Below are positions 11,101 to 19,834 of a stretch of DNA of 64,000 bases, in pieces (position 1 is the stretch's first letter; each line of letters opens with the position of its first letter). Source of the DNA: Gemmatales bacterium (GTDB taxonomy: Bacteria > Planctomycetota > Planctomycetia > Gemmatales > HRBIN36). Location of the stretch: contig JBEPZY010000001.1 in NCBI GenBank assembly GCA_041640595.1, positions 768,001 to 832,000 of the forward strand. Direction: 5' to 3'. A program made the position numbers and the translations under genes. The notes under the pieces are model-generated. The model was not told where the DNA came from, did not search any database, and saw only the letters and a list, made by a program, of their open reading frames with translations.

Positions 11101-12448
11101 CTATTTGACCTCCGCATATCACCGCGAACGGATAGATGCGGCGGTGCTGTTAGCTTTACAGGGTTTTCGCTCGCCAAATCCAGACCCGAATGGTGCCGAA
11201 GCGGTTTTGCTCCGCGAAGCCAGCAAAGCGTATCCTTTCCCGGAAATCTGGAGCATCGGCAAAGGCATGCCAGACGACAACTTCCGCGATAAAGCCTACA
11301 TGGTGCAGGCTCTGGCAATGCACACGGCGAATCTGGGTGCTCTGGAACGGTTCACCGATCCTGGCTCGGCCTACCGCGACCAGCGTTACGCGCTAGCACG
11401 AGGACTGGCCCGGCGAGGCAAAACCGACGGCATTCCTTTGTTGCTGCGGCTGTGCCAGGACCCCCTGACGGTTGTGCAGCAGCAGGCCCGTTATGCTCTG
11501 GCGGACATTCGCGATCAAGCCCGGTTACGCGGTGAGCCGGTGCCCCATTTTCGAGTCGCCTGGCCAGGTGTGAAAGATACCGAAGCAACGCAGGGGCGAG
11601 CCTCACCGGAAACGCCGCCCATCTGGGTGCCCGTCAACGATACCTCCTGGGTTCAGCGTCAGTATCCCGCCAGAGTTTACTCCTGGCCAAGCACGAAGCC
11701 CGCACCGTTACCGCAACGCCTGTCCTTACCACAACCACTCACGGACTGGCAGAAGCTGCTTTTGCCGCAACACTTCCGCAATCTCAGCATTCCATTTGTA
11801 CGTGGTGCCGACAGGATGATGGTGCAACATGCCCACGAACTGGCCAGCATTGCCGAGGCGTTGCGCCAGCTGCCACCGCAGCAAACACGCGAGATGTGGC
11901 TGCGCTGGCTGGACTCTCCTTACCCGTATGCGCAATACCTGGCGCTGGAATCGCTGTCGCTACAACCCCAGCCCCAGCTGACACCATTGCTGCTGCAAAA
12001 ACTCAACGAATTTGCACAACGGGGGAACGCCGTCGGTTTCTGGTGGTGTTGTGAAGCACTGGCGGCAGTGGCGAAACAGCTGCCCGATGCGAGTAGCAAT
12101 GCTTCGGCATCGCGGGCCCAGGTAGTGCAAGCCCTGGCGAAATACGCTGGCCCGTCGCCGTCATCCTCAGCATTCTTCGGCCCGGAAGGAATGGCTCTGG
12201 GTTATCCGGCAGCCAGGGCGATCGGCCGAATTGCAGCCAGTACCGATCACGAATTGGTGAGGCGACTCTGGCAGAGCGATAATCTCTGGCTTCGCGCCGG
12301 TGTCTTACGCGGATTGGCTGAAACCAGAGCCGCAAATCTCGCCGATTGGCTCCTGGAGGCCCGGCAACCATCGCAGCCCGCATTGGTACGAATGGAAGCG
12401 GAAATCCAGATGCGTCGGCTCGGGCGAGCATCGGTACCAGCGGAGTAA
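8123..12448 (+). CDS. Large exported protein: TolB-like propeller, hydrazine-synthase-alpha-middle-like domain with one CxxCH, then HEAT/PBS-lyase repeats
   Basis: GGAGG before ATG 8123. Propeller motifs PSYDGRKILFS and LPDGRIVFVSDR; ILGVVPIHEDGSAYFEVPADTPIF; SCYGCH (9869-9883); HEAT motifs DPDVHVRRNAAWAL and EAARALGRIG. Confidence 0.8.
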   Translation: MNRSHESKGGGCSRCLGQKIAASIGFGVLGGGWLLVMAWISLTDTAGGQATDKAPAAGDLPGIVFVAAPVFDEATDVQEGYVGSYHWRDGYLYPRAATYHRKERTTGPMRLGKNLYLLTPARPDGQLRQLTFLQTEGAVYKPEPSYDGRKILFSMRKDGEDWFHLYEMDVESGKVRQLTDGPFNDFAGCYLPDGRIVFVSDRTGFLEEYHEERTECLFVMNPDGTGIHQITFNPGTYFEPSVLRDGRIICAFWDAFHLNVPPLDKHETVLVTLNPDGTDERHYFGAGQYRFFGRERHSGVSFTTPREMPDGRILVQCELGPAIVDIRAGQHPRDALVPIFPGATSIQIGGTTHRVHLSPLGTRSTAYPLPDGRILYSATKPGARDSAIYITDPFTREERLIYDIPNYAEFDPVPVRMPRPLPRRLPQQIKHPEVYASGLGQLEELPSPSRTGPTQESASPTPTPGWSRFVVVAGRESDFPERTAALSRARYLRVMEAEYTAVTTSSHTNLETRILGVVPIHEDGSAYFEVPADTPIFLDVLDAAGQRVLHAWPLANTSIERGRPVSLTQIAYMSARSGEVRSCYGCHAPQQVAAPNVSLEALRHPPVRIGRHVANLQYRRNEPDYYRRQAIVGSGQAEMYRRWLDSRDPWVRARGCEMLAYLEDEATAALLKIVELTRDPDVHVRRNAAWALCVLGRTEHVPLLRELAERDRDELVRFHARSALQVLDQPADPELVMERLGRLSQISPDDLQRIRATLRQSLPPLSALRAAGRCRDREAVALLVPWLDRAEMEAYAKEAARALGRIGSPEAVQALWHALRRHVPNKRVFNVRYFQHGPRPEEYAILEGLVLAGARPEPEDIPLLIALLPNAFMEKPRFEDRFRSETARVVWPRVLLERGGYRKPIVRMLCQTLQHNSPAETTGRPETVSQPKFSEAESQQLYQAVLQGINLERPFQEHGRPFPVIPAVGAEEALWLLTCLAQPGEVPEEIIVPYLTSAYHRERIDAAVLLALQGFRSPNPDPNGAEAVLLREASKAYPFPEIWSIGKGMPDDNFRDKAYMVQALAMHTANLGALERFTDPGSAYRDQRYALARGLARRGKTDGIPLLLRLCQDPLTVVQQQARYALADIRDQARLRGEPVPHFRVAWPGVKDTEATQGRASPETPPIWVPVNDTSWVQRQYPARVYSWPSTKPAPLPQRLSLPQPLTDWQKLLLPQHFRNLSIPFVRGADRMMVQHAHELASIAEALRQLPPQQTREMWLRWLDSPYPYAQYLALESLSLQPQPQLTPLLLQKLNEFAQRGNAVGFWWCCEALAAVAKQLPDASSNASASRAQVVQALAKYAGPSPSSSAFFGPEGMALGYPAARAIGRIAASTDHELVRRLWQSDNLWLRAGVLRGLAETRAANLADWLLEARQPSQPALVRMEAEIQMRRLGRASVPAE

Positions 12449-12464
12449 CCGACTGGCGTTACTT

Positions 12465-13874
12465 TCAGTGCGGGGGCGGATTCTCGGTAACCTCGCGAAT
12501 GGCCCATTCGAGCGTGCTGCATAGCAAATCGAGTTCTTCCCTGGAAATCACCAGCGGCGGGAAGATGACCAGAACATGACCCAGTGGTCGTAGCAATACA
12601 CCGCGCTCCCGGGCGAGCAGGCATACCTGCGCTCCGATCTGTTGCTCATACGGGTACGCTTCGCGGGTGAGCCGGTCGCGTACCAATTCGATACCGGCAA
12701 GCAAACCTTTTTGCCGTACCTCGCCGACGTGAGGCAACTGACGAAACCGATCGCACCAGCCTGCCAGCTGGGCAATCCGTTCCGGCAATTTCTCGAGCAC
12801 ACGTTCGCGGTCGAATAATTCCAGCGTCGCCAAAGCTGCTGCTGCCGCCAGCGGATTGCCGCCGTAGGTGTGCCCGTGGAAAAACGTTCGCCGTTCCGCT
12901 ACCGTTCCGAGGAATGCCTGGTAAATCCGCTCCGTGGTCAGCGTCGCCGCCAGGGGCAGATATCCGCCGGTCAATCCTTTGGCCAGACAGAGAAAATCCG
13001 GGGCGACCTGTTCCTGTTCGCAGGCAAAGAAAGTTCCGGTTCGGCCAATGCCGACCGCTACTTCGTCGGCAATCAGGAGAACATCGTATCGGCGGGTCGC
13101 ATCGCGCACGCCGCGCAAAAAACCCTCCGGAGCTACGATCATCCCGGCAGCTCCCTGCACCAGTGGTTCGATAACGACGGCGGCGATTTCCTCATGATGC
13201 TCCCCCAGTAGCCGTTCGCAGGCTTGCAGGCAATCTATCTGACAGGTCTCACGTTTCAGCCCCAGCGGACAGCGATAACAGTACGGCTGGGGTGCCCGAT
13301 AGGTTGGGAAGAGCAACGGGCCGAACATCCTGTGGAACAAATCCACGCCGCCCACACTCACATCGCCTAAAGTATCGCCGTGATACGCTCCGCCGAAAGA
13401 GAGAAACTTCGTCTTTTTCGGTTTGGGGCCTCCCTGTTCGGCAGGGCGTTGCTGCCAGTACTGGAAAGCCATTTTGATCGCCACCTCCACTGCGGTGGCG
13501 CCGTTATCCGAAAAGAACACGCGAGTCAATGGCTCGCCCCATTGGCCAAGCGGTGCCGCTCGTTCCACCAGCTTGCGAGCCAGTCGAATGGCCGGAACAT
13601 GACTGATGCCCAGTAAGGTGCTATGGGCGACGCACTCCAGTTGCGCTTGCACTGCCTGGTCCAGTTCCCGGCGACGATGACCGAAAACGTTGCACCAGAT
13701 CGAACCGACGCCGTCCAGATAGCGCCGACCATTGATGTCAATCAACCAGCATCCCTCGGCCCGCTCGATGATGAGTGGCTCGGAGCGGGCGTATTCGGCC
13801 ATTTGTGTAAACGGATGCCAGAGGTGCGCGATATCCCACTGTCGCAGTTGTTCCTTTTGTTGTTGCGAAAGCAT
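12465..13874 (-). CDS. bioA: Adenosylmethionine-8-amino-7-oxononanoate aminotransferase
   Basis: LWHPFTQM, SDNGATAVEVAIKMA, YHGDT, EPLVQGAAGM, DEVAVGIGRTG, AKGLTGGYLP, FFHGHTYGGNPL. Confidence 0.93.
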   Translation of the reverse strand: MLSQQQKEQLRQWDIAHLWHPFTQMAEYARSEPLIIERAEGCWLIDINGRRYLDGVGSIWCNVFGHRRRELDQAVQAQLECVAHSTLLGISHVPAIRLARKLVERAAPLGQWGEPLTRVFFSDNGATAVEVAIKMAFQYWQQRPAEQGGPKPKKTKFLSFGGAYHGDTLGDVSVGGVDLFHRMFGPLLFPTYRAPQPYCYRCPLGLKRETCQIDCLQACERLLGEHHEEIAAVVIEPLVQGAAGMIVAPEGFLRGVRDATRRYDVLLIADEVAVGIGRTGTFFACEQEQVAPDFLCLAKGLTGGYLPLAATLTTERIYQAFLGTVAERRTFFHGHTYGGNPLAAAAALATLELFDRERVLEKLPERIAQLAGWCDRFRQLPHVGEVRQKGLLAGIELVRDRLTREAYPYEQQIGAQVCLLARERGVLLRPLGHVLVIFPPLVISREELDLLCSTLEWAIREVTENPPPH

Positions 13875-14131
13875 CACCGGTCGTTCCTCACCACCAGGAA
13901 GATTTTGCAGCTTGCCGCGCAAATTGTAACCGCACTGGCGCCACTCGACCCGAAGGCATTTGGCGTTCTGGTGGCCTGGAACCGCGCGACGTGATAAAGT
14001 ATCGGCACCGGTCGGTGGACCCGTAGCACCGGGAGTTGGTCACGCGGACTGGCATCCGTGGTCGGGGGCGTACACCGGCCCGAAGAACCTGGCCGACGGC
14101 CTGCCCGTTGGCTTTCACCAAGGAGTAACCT

Positions 14132-14482
14132 ATGCGTCCCGCCGTGAGGGCAATCCTCATTCTCGCAGCCACGCTCGCGCTCTGCCTGCCGCTTCTGGCT
14201 CAGAAAAAGCTCTCGGAGCTTATCGTCGGTAAATGGGAGCCGGTCGAGGCGGACAAAGTCAAAGTCGTCATCGAGTTTGCTCGCGACGGCAAATTGCTGA
14301 TCAGCGCCGCCGAGAAAACGATCCGCGGCACATATCGCGTGCTTGACGACAGCAGCGTCGAGGTGACCATTGATGTCGAAGGCAAACCGCAGACCGAAAA
14401 GTTACGAGTGTCTTTTGAGCAGGATGAAATGACCACTGTGGATTCGCGGGGCAGGAAGGATACCTTCCGCCGGATAAAATGA
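14132..14482 (+). CDS. Small secreted protein, TIGR03066 (Gemmata paralogous family)-like
   Basis: AAGGAG RBS. Signal peptide followed by LIVGKWE...IEFARDGK...GTY...KDTFRRIK. Confidence 0.75.
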   Translation: MRPAVRAILILAATLALCLPLLAQKKLSELIVGKWEPVEADKVKVVIEFARDGKLLISAAEKTIRGTYRVLDDSSVEVTIDVEGKPQTEKLRVSFEQDEMTTVDSRGRKDTFRRIK

Positions 14483-14694
14483 CTCACGAACTCACAGCGC
14501 CGTTTGCCGACCAAACGCGATCCGACTGGCAACCCACGCGGTGAACTAATCGCTCACCCGATAACACAGTTTCAACTCGCGAAGCGGTGAACTAGCATAA
14601 CCAGTGCAATCGCCTTCGCATCGTTCAGCTTTCTCTGATAGCGGACCGCAATTGCCCCACGAGTCAGCGGTGAACTGGAAGGGGATGCCGGTAT

Positions 14695-15711
14695 ATGACC
14701 ATTCACCTGGTAACAGGTGCCACAGGCCTGCTGGGCAGCCATCTGGTGGAGCTGCTCTGTAAACGCGGCCAACGGGTGCGTGCTCTGGTGCGGCCCGGTG
14801 CCGATACGCGCTTCCTCGTCCAGCACGGAGTGGAAATAGTCTGGGGCGACCTGACCCGACCAGAGACGCTGTTACCTGCCTGTCGCGGGGTGAGTGTAGT
14901 TTATCACGCTGCGGGGAAAGTCGGGGATTGGGGCACCTGGCCGGAGTTTTACACCCACACAGTGGCCGGAACGTACAACCTGCTTCAAGCAAGTCTCGCC
15001 TGCGGTGTCGAACGGGTCATTCACATTAGCTCGACCAGTGCCTACGGTCACCCTCGAGCAAACGGTCGCCCCATCACGGAGGATTGGCCGCTCGGTCGTA
15101 CCTGCTGGGTCTGGGACTACTACACCCGCGCCAAGATTCTGGCAGAGAAGGTCGTGTGGCGAACTTATCGTCAACAGCGTTTGCCCATCACCGTGATCCG
15201 TCCCAGCTGGCTTTATGGGCCTTATGACCGCACCAGTATTGGCAGGTTGGCTCGGTCGCTGCGCTGGGGGCTGGTCTTTTTGATTGGCAACGGGTCGAAC
15301 CACATCAATTCCGTATATGCCGGGAATGTGGCTGAGGCTTGCTTACTGGCTGCGGAATCGCCACGGGCCATTGGTGAGGCTTACAACATCACCAACGATG
15401 GTCGGTTGATCACGCAGCGCGAGTATCTGGGAACGTTTGCCCAGGAGCTGGGGTATCCACCACCCTGGCGGCGCGTTCCTTACGGTGTGGCATTCGCTGC
15501 CGGTTACGCTTTGGAAGCGGCGTTTCGCTTCTGGCGGTTGCAACAACCACCGTTTGCCACGCGGTACGGCATCTGGCTGCTGGGACGCGAACTCGTTTAC
15601 AGCACCCGCAAAGCCGAGCAGCAACTGGGCTGGCGACCGAGCATTAGTTTTGAGGAGGGCGTTCGGCGCACTGTGGAATGGTACCGGCAGAAAACCGAGC
15701 AACGTCCGTAA
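14695..15711 (+). CDS. NAD-dependent epimerase/dehydratase (extended SDR; 3-beta-HSD/HpnA-like)
   Basis: LVTGATGLLGSHL, HAAG, HISSTS, YTRAK catalytic YxxxK, RPSWLYGP. Confidence 0.88.
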   Translation: MTIHLVTGATGLLGSHLVELLCKRGQRVRALVRPGADTRFLVQHGVEIVWGDLTRPETLLPACRGVSVVYHAAGKVGDWGTWPEFYTHTVAGTYNLLQASLACGVERVIHISSTSAYGHPRANGRPITEDWPLGRTCWVWDYYTRAKILAEKVVWRTYRQQRLPITVIRPSWLYGPYDRTSIGRLARSLRWGLVFLIGNGSNHINSVYAGNVAEACLLAAESPRAIGEAYNITNDGRLITQREYLGTFAQELGYPPPWRRVPYGVAFAAGYALEAAFRFWRLQQPPFATRYGIWLLGRELVYSTRKAEQQLGWRPSISFEEGVRRTVEWYRQKTEQRP

Positions 15712-15863
15712 TGCCGCGCAGGACCGTTCGGTTTCAATCCCCGAAGTTACGGAAGGGGTATGACTCGGCGTGTTTGTTCCGCGGAGACTGCCAGCTCACG
15801 ACTCGTTTTGTGTGATGCGCTGCTGGTGAACGCCTGCGGGCTTGTGGCATGTTTCCGGCAAAT

Positions 15864-16517
15864 TCATCGTCGTGGCCTGGGCAAAATGCGCACCCGCCTG
15901 CCTTCCACTCGCAATCGTCCTTCAGCAAAGAGGCGAATCGCTTCCGGATAGGCTTCGCACTCTTCCGCAAACACGCGAGCCGCCAGCGATTCGGGTGTGT
16001 CATCATCGAGCACCGGTACGACACGCTGCAAAATAATCGGCCCGTGATCGTATTCGTTATCGGCAAAGTGCACCGTACATCCGGACACCTTGCAGCCGTA
16101 GGCCAGCACTGCTTCATGCACGCGCAGACCGTAAAAGCCTTTGCCACCAAAAGCGGGGAGCAGTGCCGGATGGATGTTCATGACCCGGTTTTGAAAATCT
16201 TCGGGGATACGCACCAGGTGAAGGAATCCTGCCATGCAGACGAGGTCGGCTTGCACTTGCCGGCAGCGATCGAAAATCTGCTGGCTGAATTCCTCCACCG
16301 AGGACGCATTGCGTCGTTCAATGACTTCGGTAGGCAGGCCGGCCCGGCTTGCTTTTTCCAGACCAGGCACGTTGGCCTTGCTGGAAATCACCAGGCGAAT
16401 CTCCGCCGGCAATTTTCGAGCCGAAATGTGCTCGATCAGGTTCTGCAGCGTTGTCCCGGTGCCGCTGATCAGCACTACCAGCCGCAATGGGATATGGGGT
16501 GTTGTCATTCCTGCCAT
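15864..16517 (-). CDS. purN: Phosphoribosylglycinamide formyltransferase
   Basis: VLISGTGTTLQ, NIHPALLPAFGG, GCTVHF, DHGPII. Start 16517 or 16508. Confidence 0.95.
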   Translation of the reverse strand: MAGMTTPHIPLRLVVLISGTGTTLQNLIEHISARKLPAEIRLVISSKANVPGLEKASRAGLPTEVIERRNASSVEEFSQQIFDRCRQVQADLVCMAGFLHLVRIPEDFQNRVMNIHPALLPAFGGKGFYGLRVHEAVLAYGCKVSGCTVHFADNEYDHGPIILQRVVPVLDDDTPESLAARVFAEECEAYPEAIRLFAEGRLRVEGRRVRILPRPRR

Positions 16518-16750
16518 GCGTAACCCTGTATGACGAGAATATTCGGAGCCGTTTCGGCCAGCGTTCACTGCGTCGCCAGCGGTGGGCATCCAGGTCTGTG
16601 CTAAGCAGCGACGACTACCGCGAGCACTGGCATAGCGAGTAAGGCTACGGTATAAAAACCCCTGGAGCCGTCAAACATTCGGCGGCTGACCTTAAGTCGC
16701 CGAAAGTTGCCCAAGGGGATGGAAAACACATCGCAGCGTGGGGATTGACC

Positions 16751-18595
16751 ATGCGGGAAACCATTGCCCTCGCCCTGACCCGGCATGACTGTAGGCGGGT
16801 TGGTTTGACAGCCACGCTTTTTCTGGCTTGCCTGCCGGTTGGCATGTCGGTGGCAGCAGCTTCTCCGCAAAGCGATCCCCGCTGGCTTGCGAAACATGCC
16901 GAGGTTCTGCATCGTCAGGGGCAACACGAAGCGGGTGAATTACTACTGCAACGGCTTGGCCAGCGGTTTTCGGACGACCTATCGGTGCTGGTAACCCGTG
17001 CTCGATTAGCTGCCCGCAGGGGAGAGACTCAGTATGCCCTCGCTCTGTTGCAGGAAGGGATTCGGCTGGACAGCCGTTACGCCGAGGCCTGGATGGCACG
17101 GGCAGAAGTGCTCCGTCAACGGAACCGCATATCCGAAGCCATGCAAGACCTGGAGACGGCCTTGCGACTCAATCCGCCACCGGAACTGGCGGAGCGAATG
17201 CGTGGCTTGTTGCGGCTGATGCAGGGGCAATGGGAAACAGCCATCGTTCACCTGACGCGCTACCTGAACCAGAGCGACGGCGAAGACGCGGATGCCTTTT
17301 GCTGGCGAGGTCTGGCCTGGCTACGCTTCGGAAGACCGGAAAACGCCGAGCCCGACTTTGCCCGTGCTCTGCAATTGCATCCAAATTTGCCGGAAGTCTG
17401 GCAACTCCGTGCCCAGGCCCTGGAAAGCCAGGGTAAGCTCGAGGAAGCAGCAACCGCGTACCAGCGCTGTGTGCAGCTTGCCCCTCACGACCAGGTATCG
17501 CGGCTGGCTTACGCAAAAGTATTGCATCGCCTGCACCGTTACGCTGAGTGTCTCGCCCAGCTGGAGGCAGTAGTGCAACTGCAACCCCGCCATCGGGAAG
17601 CGCTGCAATTGTTGCTGCAAACCGCTGCAACATTACGCCGGCCGCATGTCATGCTCGCGGCCATCGAACGTCTGCTGGAAATAGAAGCCGATCCGAACCT
17701 CTGGTTCCGCAAGGCCCTGACTTTGGAAATGCTTTTCCGCGAACGGGAAGCTCTGGAAGCCTTGGCCGAATGTGAAAGATTATCTGCTGCCCAAAGTGCT
17801 CCCAACGCCCGGGGACAACTGTCGCCACTTTTCTATGCCGTTCGCGCCCGGTTGCTGATGAAGCTCGACCGCTACCAGGACGCACTGGCTGCGGTTCAAG
17901 AAGCTACTAAGCGCAGTCCCCAGTACGCTTATGCGTTCTATCTGCGTGCGGACATCCACTGGCGAATGGGCAGGACCGAAGAAGCCCTGGCCGACCTCAA
18001 TATCGCAGAACAGCTCCAGCCCGATGACGTTTACATATTCATCAAACGAGCGGAGCTTTTGCGGTCCCAGGGTAAATGGGAAGCGGCTCTGAAACAACTG
18101 GATCGAGCCGTGGCGATCAACCCGAAGGCTAACTTCGCCAGGACACAGCGGGGCGGTATGCTTTTGCTTCTGGGCAAATGGGAGGAGGCTCTTCAGCAGT
18201 TTGGCCAGGTACGGGATGATGGCGGCGAACACCTGTCCACGCTGGCTTATGCCCAGGCCATCGTCGCTGCCTTGCAGGGAAACTGGGAACAAGCCGAACG
18301 CATCGCCGAAGAACATCTCGCCGGTTTTCCTACGGATGCGTTGAGCAGTTATAACATGGCCTGTGCCTGGGCCATTTTCGCTCAACTGCGCATCCAGAAA
18401 TTCGGAATACCGCCGCACGATCCACAAACGCAGCTTTACCAGCGCCGGGCACTGGATTTGCTCGAAAAGACGTTCGCGTTGGGCTACAAAGACCGCTGGC
18501 ACACTCGATACGATCCGGATTTGTTCGTGTTGCACCGGGAACCGGCGTTCTGGCGATTGGCCGGTGAAACCGCTCCGCCTCTCACGAAACCTTAA
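16751..18595 (+). CDS. Exported tetratricopeptide-repeat protein
   Basis: Signal-like N-terminus and many TPR units (AEAWMARAEVL, ADAFCWRGLAW, AYAFYLRADIH). C-terminal YNMAC...GY...DPDL end-capping motif. Confidence 0.88.
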   Translation: MRETIALALTRHDCRRVGLTATLFLACLPVGMSVAAASPQSDPRWLAKHAEVLHRQGQHEAGELLLQRLGQRFSDDLSVLVTRARLAARRGETQYALALLQEGIRLDSRYAEAWMARAEVLRQRNRISEAMQDLETALRLNPPPELAERMRGLLRLMQGQWETAIVHLTRYLNQSDGEDADAFCWRGLAWLRFGRPENAEPDFARALQLHPNLPEVWQLRAQALESQGKLEEAATAYQRCVQLAPHDQVSRLAYAKVLHRLHRYAECLAQLEAVVQLQPRHREALQLLLQTAATLRRPHVMLAAIERLLEIEADPNLWFRKALTLEMLFREREALEALAECERLSAAQSAPNARGQLSPLFYAVRARLLMKLDRYQDALAAVQEATKRSPQYAYAFYLRADIHWRMGRTEEALADLNIAEQLQPDDVYIFIKRAELLRSQGKWEAALKQLDRAVAINPKANFARTQRGGMLLLLGKWEEALQQFGQVRDDGGEHLSTLAYAQAIVAALQGNWEQAERIAEEHLAGFPTDALSSYNMACAWAIFAQLRIQKFGIPPHDPQTQLYQRRALDLLEKTFALGYKDRWHTRYDPDLFVLHREPAFWRLAGETAPPLTKP

Positions 18596-18678
18596 TTCAG
18601 CCGTTGGTATCATGACTTGGTGAACCGGCACACTGGGGTGTCGGTTCCATGTGTTGCTGCTATCTGGAGGGATTGACC

Positions 18679-19365
18679 ATGCGCTGGGTTCACATTGCCG
18701 CTACTTTGCTGCTGGGCCTGTGGCTTTGCGAAGCTGTCCATGCTCAGGACAAACCTCGCTTCCCATTCGCCGGGAGGCTCGGTGGAGGTGGCCGACTGTT
18801 CCTGCTCAGTCAGGAGTCCGTGCAGGCCGACCTGAAGCTTACCGACGAGCAAAAAGCCAAAATCCGTTCCTTACAGGAATCGCAGCGACAACTGTTCCAG
18901 GATTTACGTAATCTTGGCCGGGAAGAAGCGGCCAAACGGTTGCGCGAGCAGGCCGAGAAAACCGACAAAGAACTCGCCGCGCTTCTCAAGCCCGAACAGG
19001 CCAAACGCCTGCAGCAGATTCAACTGCAACTGAACCTGCGGCAGGGCAACTATCGAACCATCCTCACTGATCAGGACATAGCTGAGAAGATCGGTCTGAC
19101 TGACCAGCAGAAGGAAAAAATCCGCCAGCTTGATGCAGAGGCGGCCAAATTGCGCGAAAGTTTCCAGGCCGGTAACCGCGAGGAAATTTTCAAACGATTC
19201 AAGGAACTCAACAGCAAATACGAAAGCATTCTCACCGACCAGCAGAAGGCGAAGCTGAAAGAACTGGGTGGTGAACCGTTCACTGGCGAAATCCGTTTCG
19301 GTTTCGGTGGCGGTGGTCAGCCCGGCAAACCGCAATTCCGCCCCCGCAAACCGGCCAAACCGTAG
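18679..19365 (+). CDS. Periplasmic LTxxQ-motif (Spy/CpxP-like) protein, internally duplicated
   Basis: GGAGG RBS and signal peptide. Motifs LKLTDEQK, LKPEQ, GLTDQQK and LTDQQK. Confidence 0.75.
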   Translation: MRWVHIAATLLLGLWLCEAVHAQDKPRFPFAGRLGGGGRLFLLSQESVQADLKLTDEQKAKIRSLQESQRQLFQDLRNLGREEAAKRLREQAEKTDKELAALLKPEQAKRLQQIQLQLNLRQGNYRTILTDQDIAEKIGLTDQQKEKIRQLDAEAAKLRESFQAGNREEIFKRFKELNSKYESILTDQQKAKLKELGGEPFTGEIRFGFGGGGQPGKPQFRPRKPAKP

Positions 19366-19422
19366 AATACTATTGGGAAAGTCGCGGCAGACAGGTCAGT
19401 TTGCCGCATGCGCCGCACGCTG

Positions 19423-19459
19423 GGGAGAGACAGCGACAACTGCTGTCTCTCTCTTTTTT
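19423..19459 (+). terminator. Intrinsic terminator after the Spy/CpxP-like gene
   Basis: GAGAGACAGC-gacaact-GCTGTCTCTC hairpin followed by TCTTTTTT. Confidence 0.85.
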
Positions 19460-19834
19460 GCGAAGCCACTATTTCTGCGTTATCCGCAATTGCCTCGGAT
19501 TGAAGGATAGGGCTATCAGATGCAGTTGAGATGTAGCTGGCTTCGCAACGCTAGCCTCGCATGGTTTGTGGATTGTTATTGTCTCAAACTGAAGTTGGAA
19601 AAGGCTCTGTGCTGTGTCGGAAACACACTGTTTGCGAATTGCTTTCAGTTGCAGATGAAGGCTACTTTACTTTCGCGGCTACTCGTCGGTTCCACTCCTG
19701 CGATGAGAGCGCTACAAAGGGTTGACGCTTCTATTCGTCTGGCAGGGCCGAGCGGTTCGTTGTAGAATGGGCGACATCGGTAACGTAGCCATATTCCCCG
19801 CGCTGGAGCCGGTTTCCATACGGAGCGCCCTGCC

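Noticed and set aside
8123..12448. True anammox hydrazine synthase
   Set aside because: There are no hzsB/hzsC or hao-like neighbours, only one CxxCH is present, and the long HEAT tail does not fit. This is the widespread paralogous family.
14043..14060. tRNA anticodon arm (possible tRNA-Sec, given the TGA finding)
   Set aside because: The loop is 6 nt (CTGGCA), there is no UCA anticodon and no TTCRA T-loop.
14038..14106. ZMP/ZTP (pfl) riboswitch
   Set aside because: GACUGGC and GCCGAC are present, but the 3' hairpin/pseudoknot motif (GCCUGGGC) is missing and the downstream gene is not a purine or folate gene.
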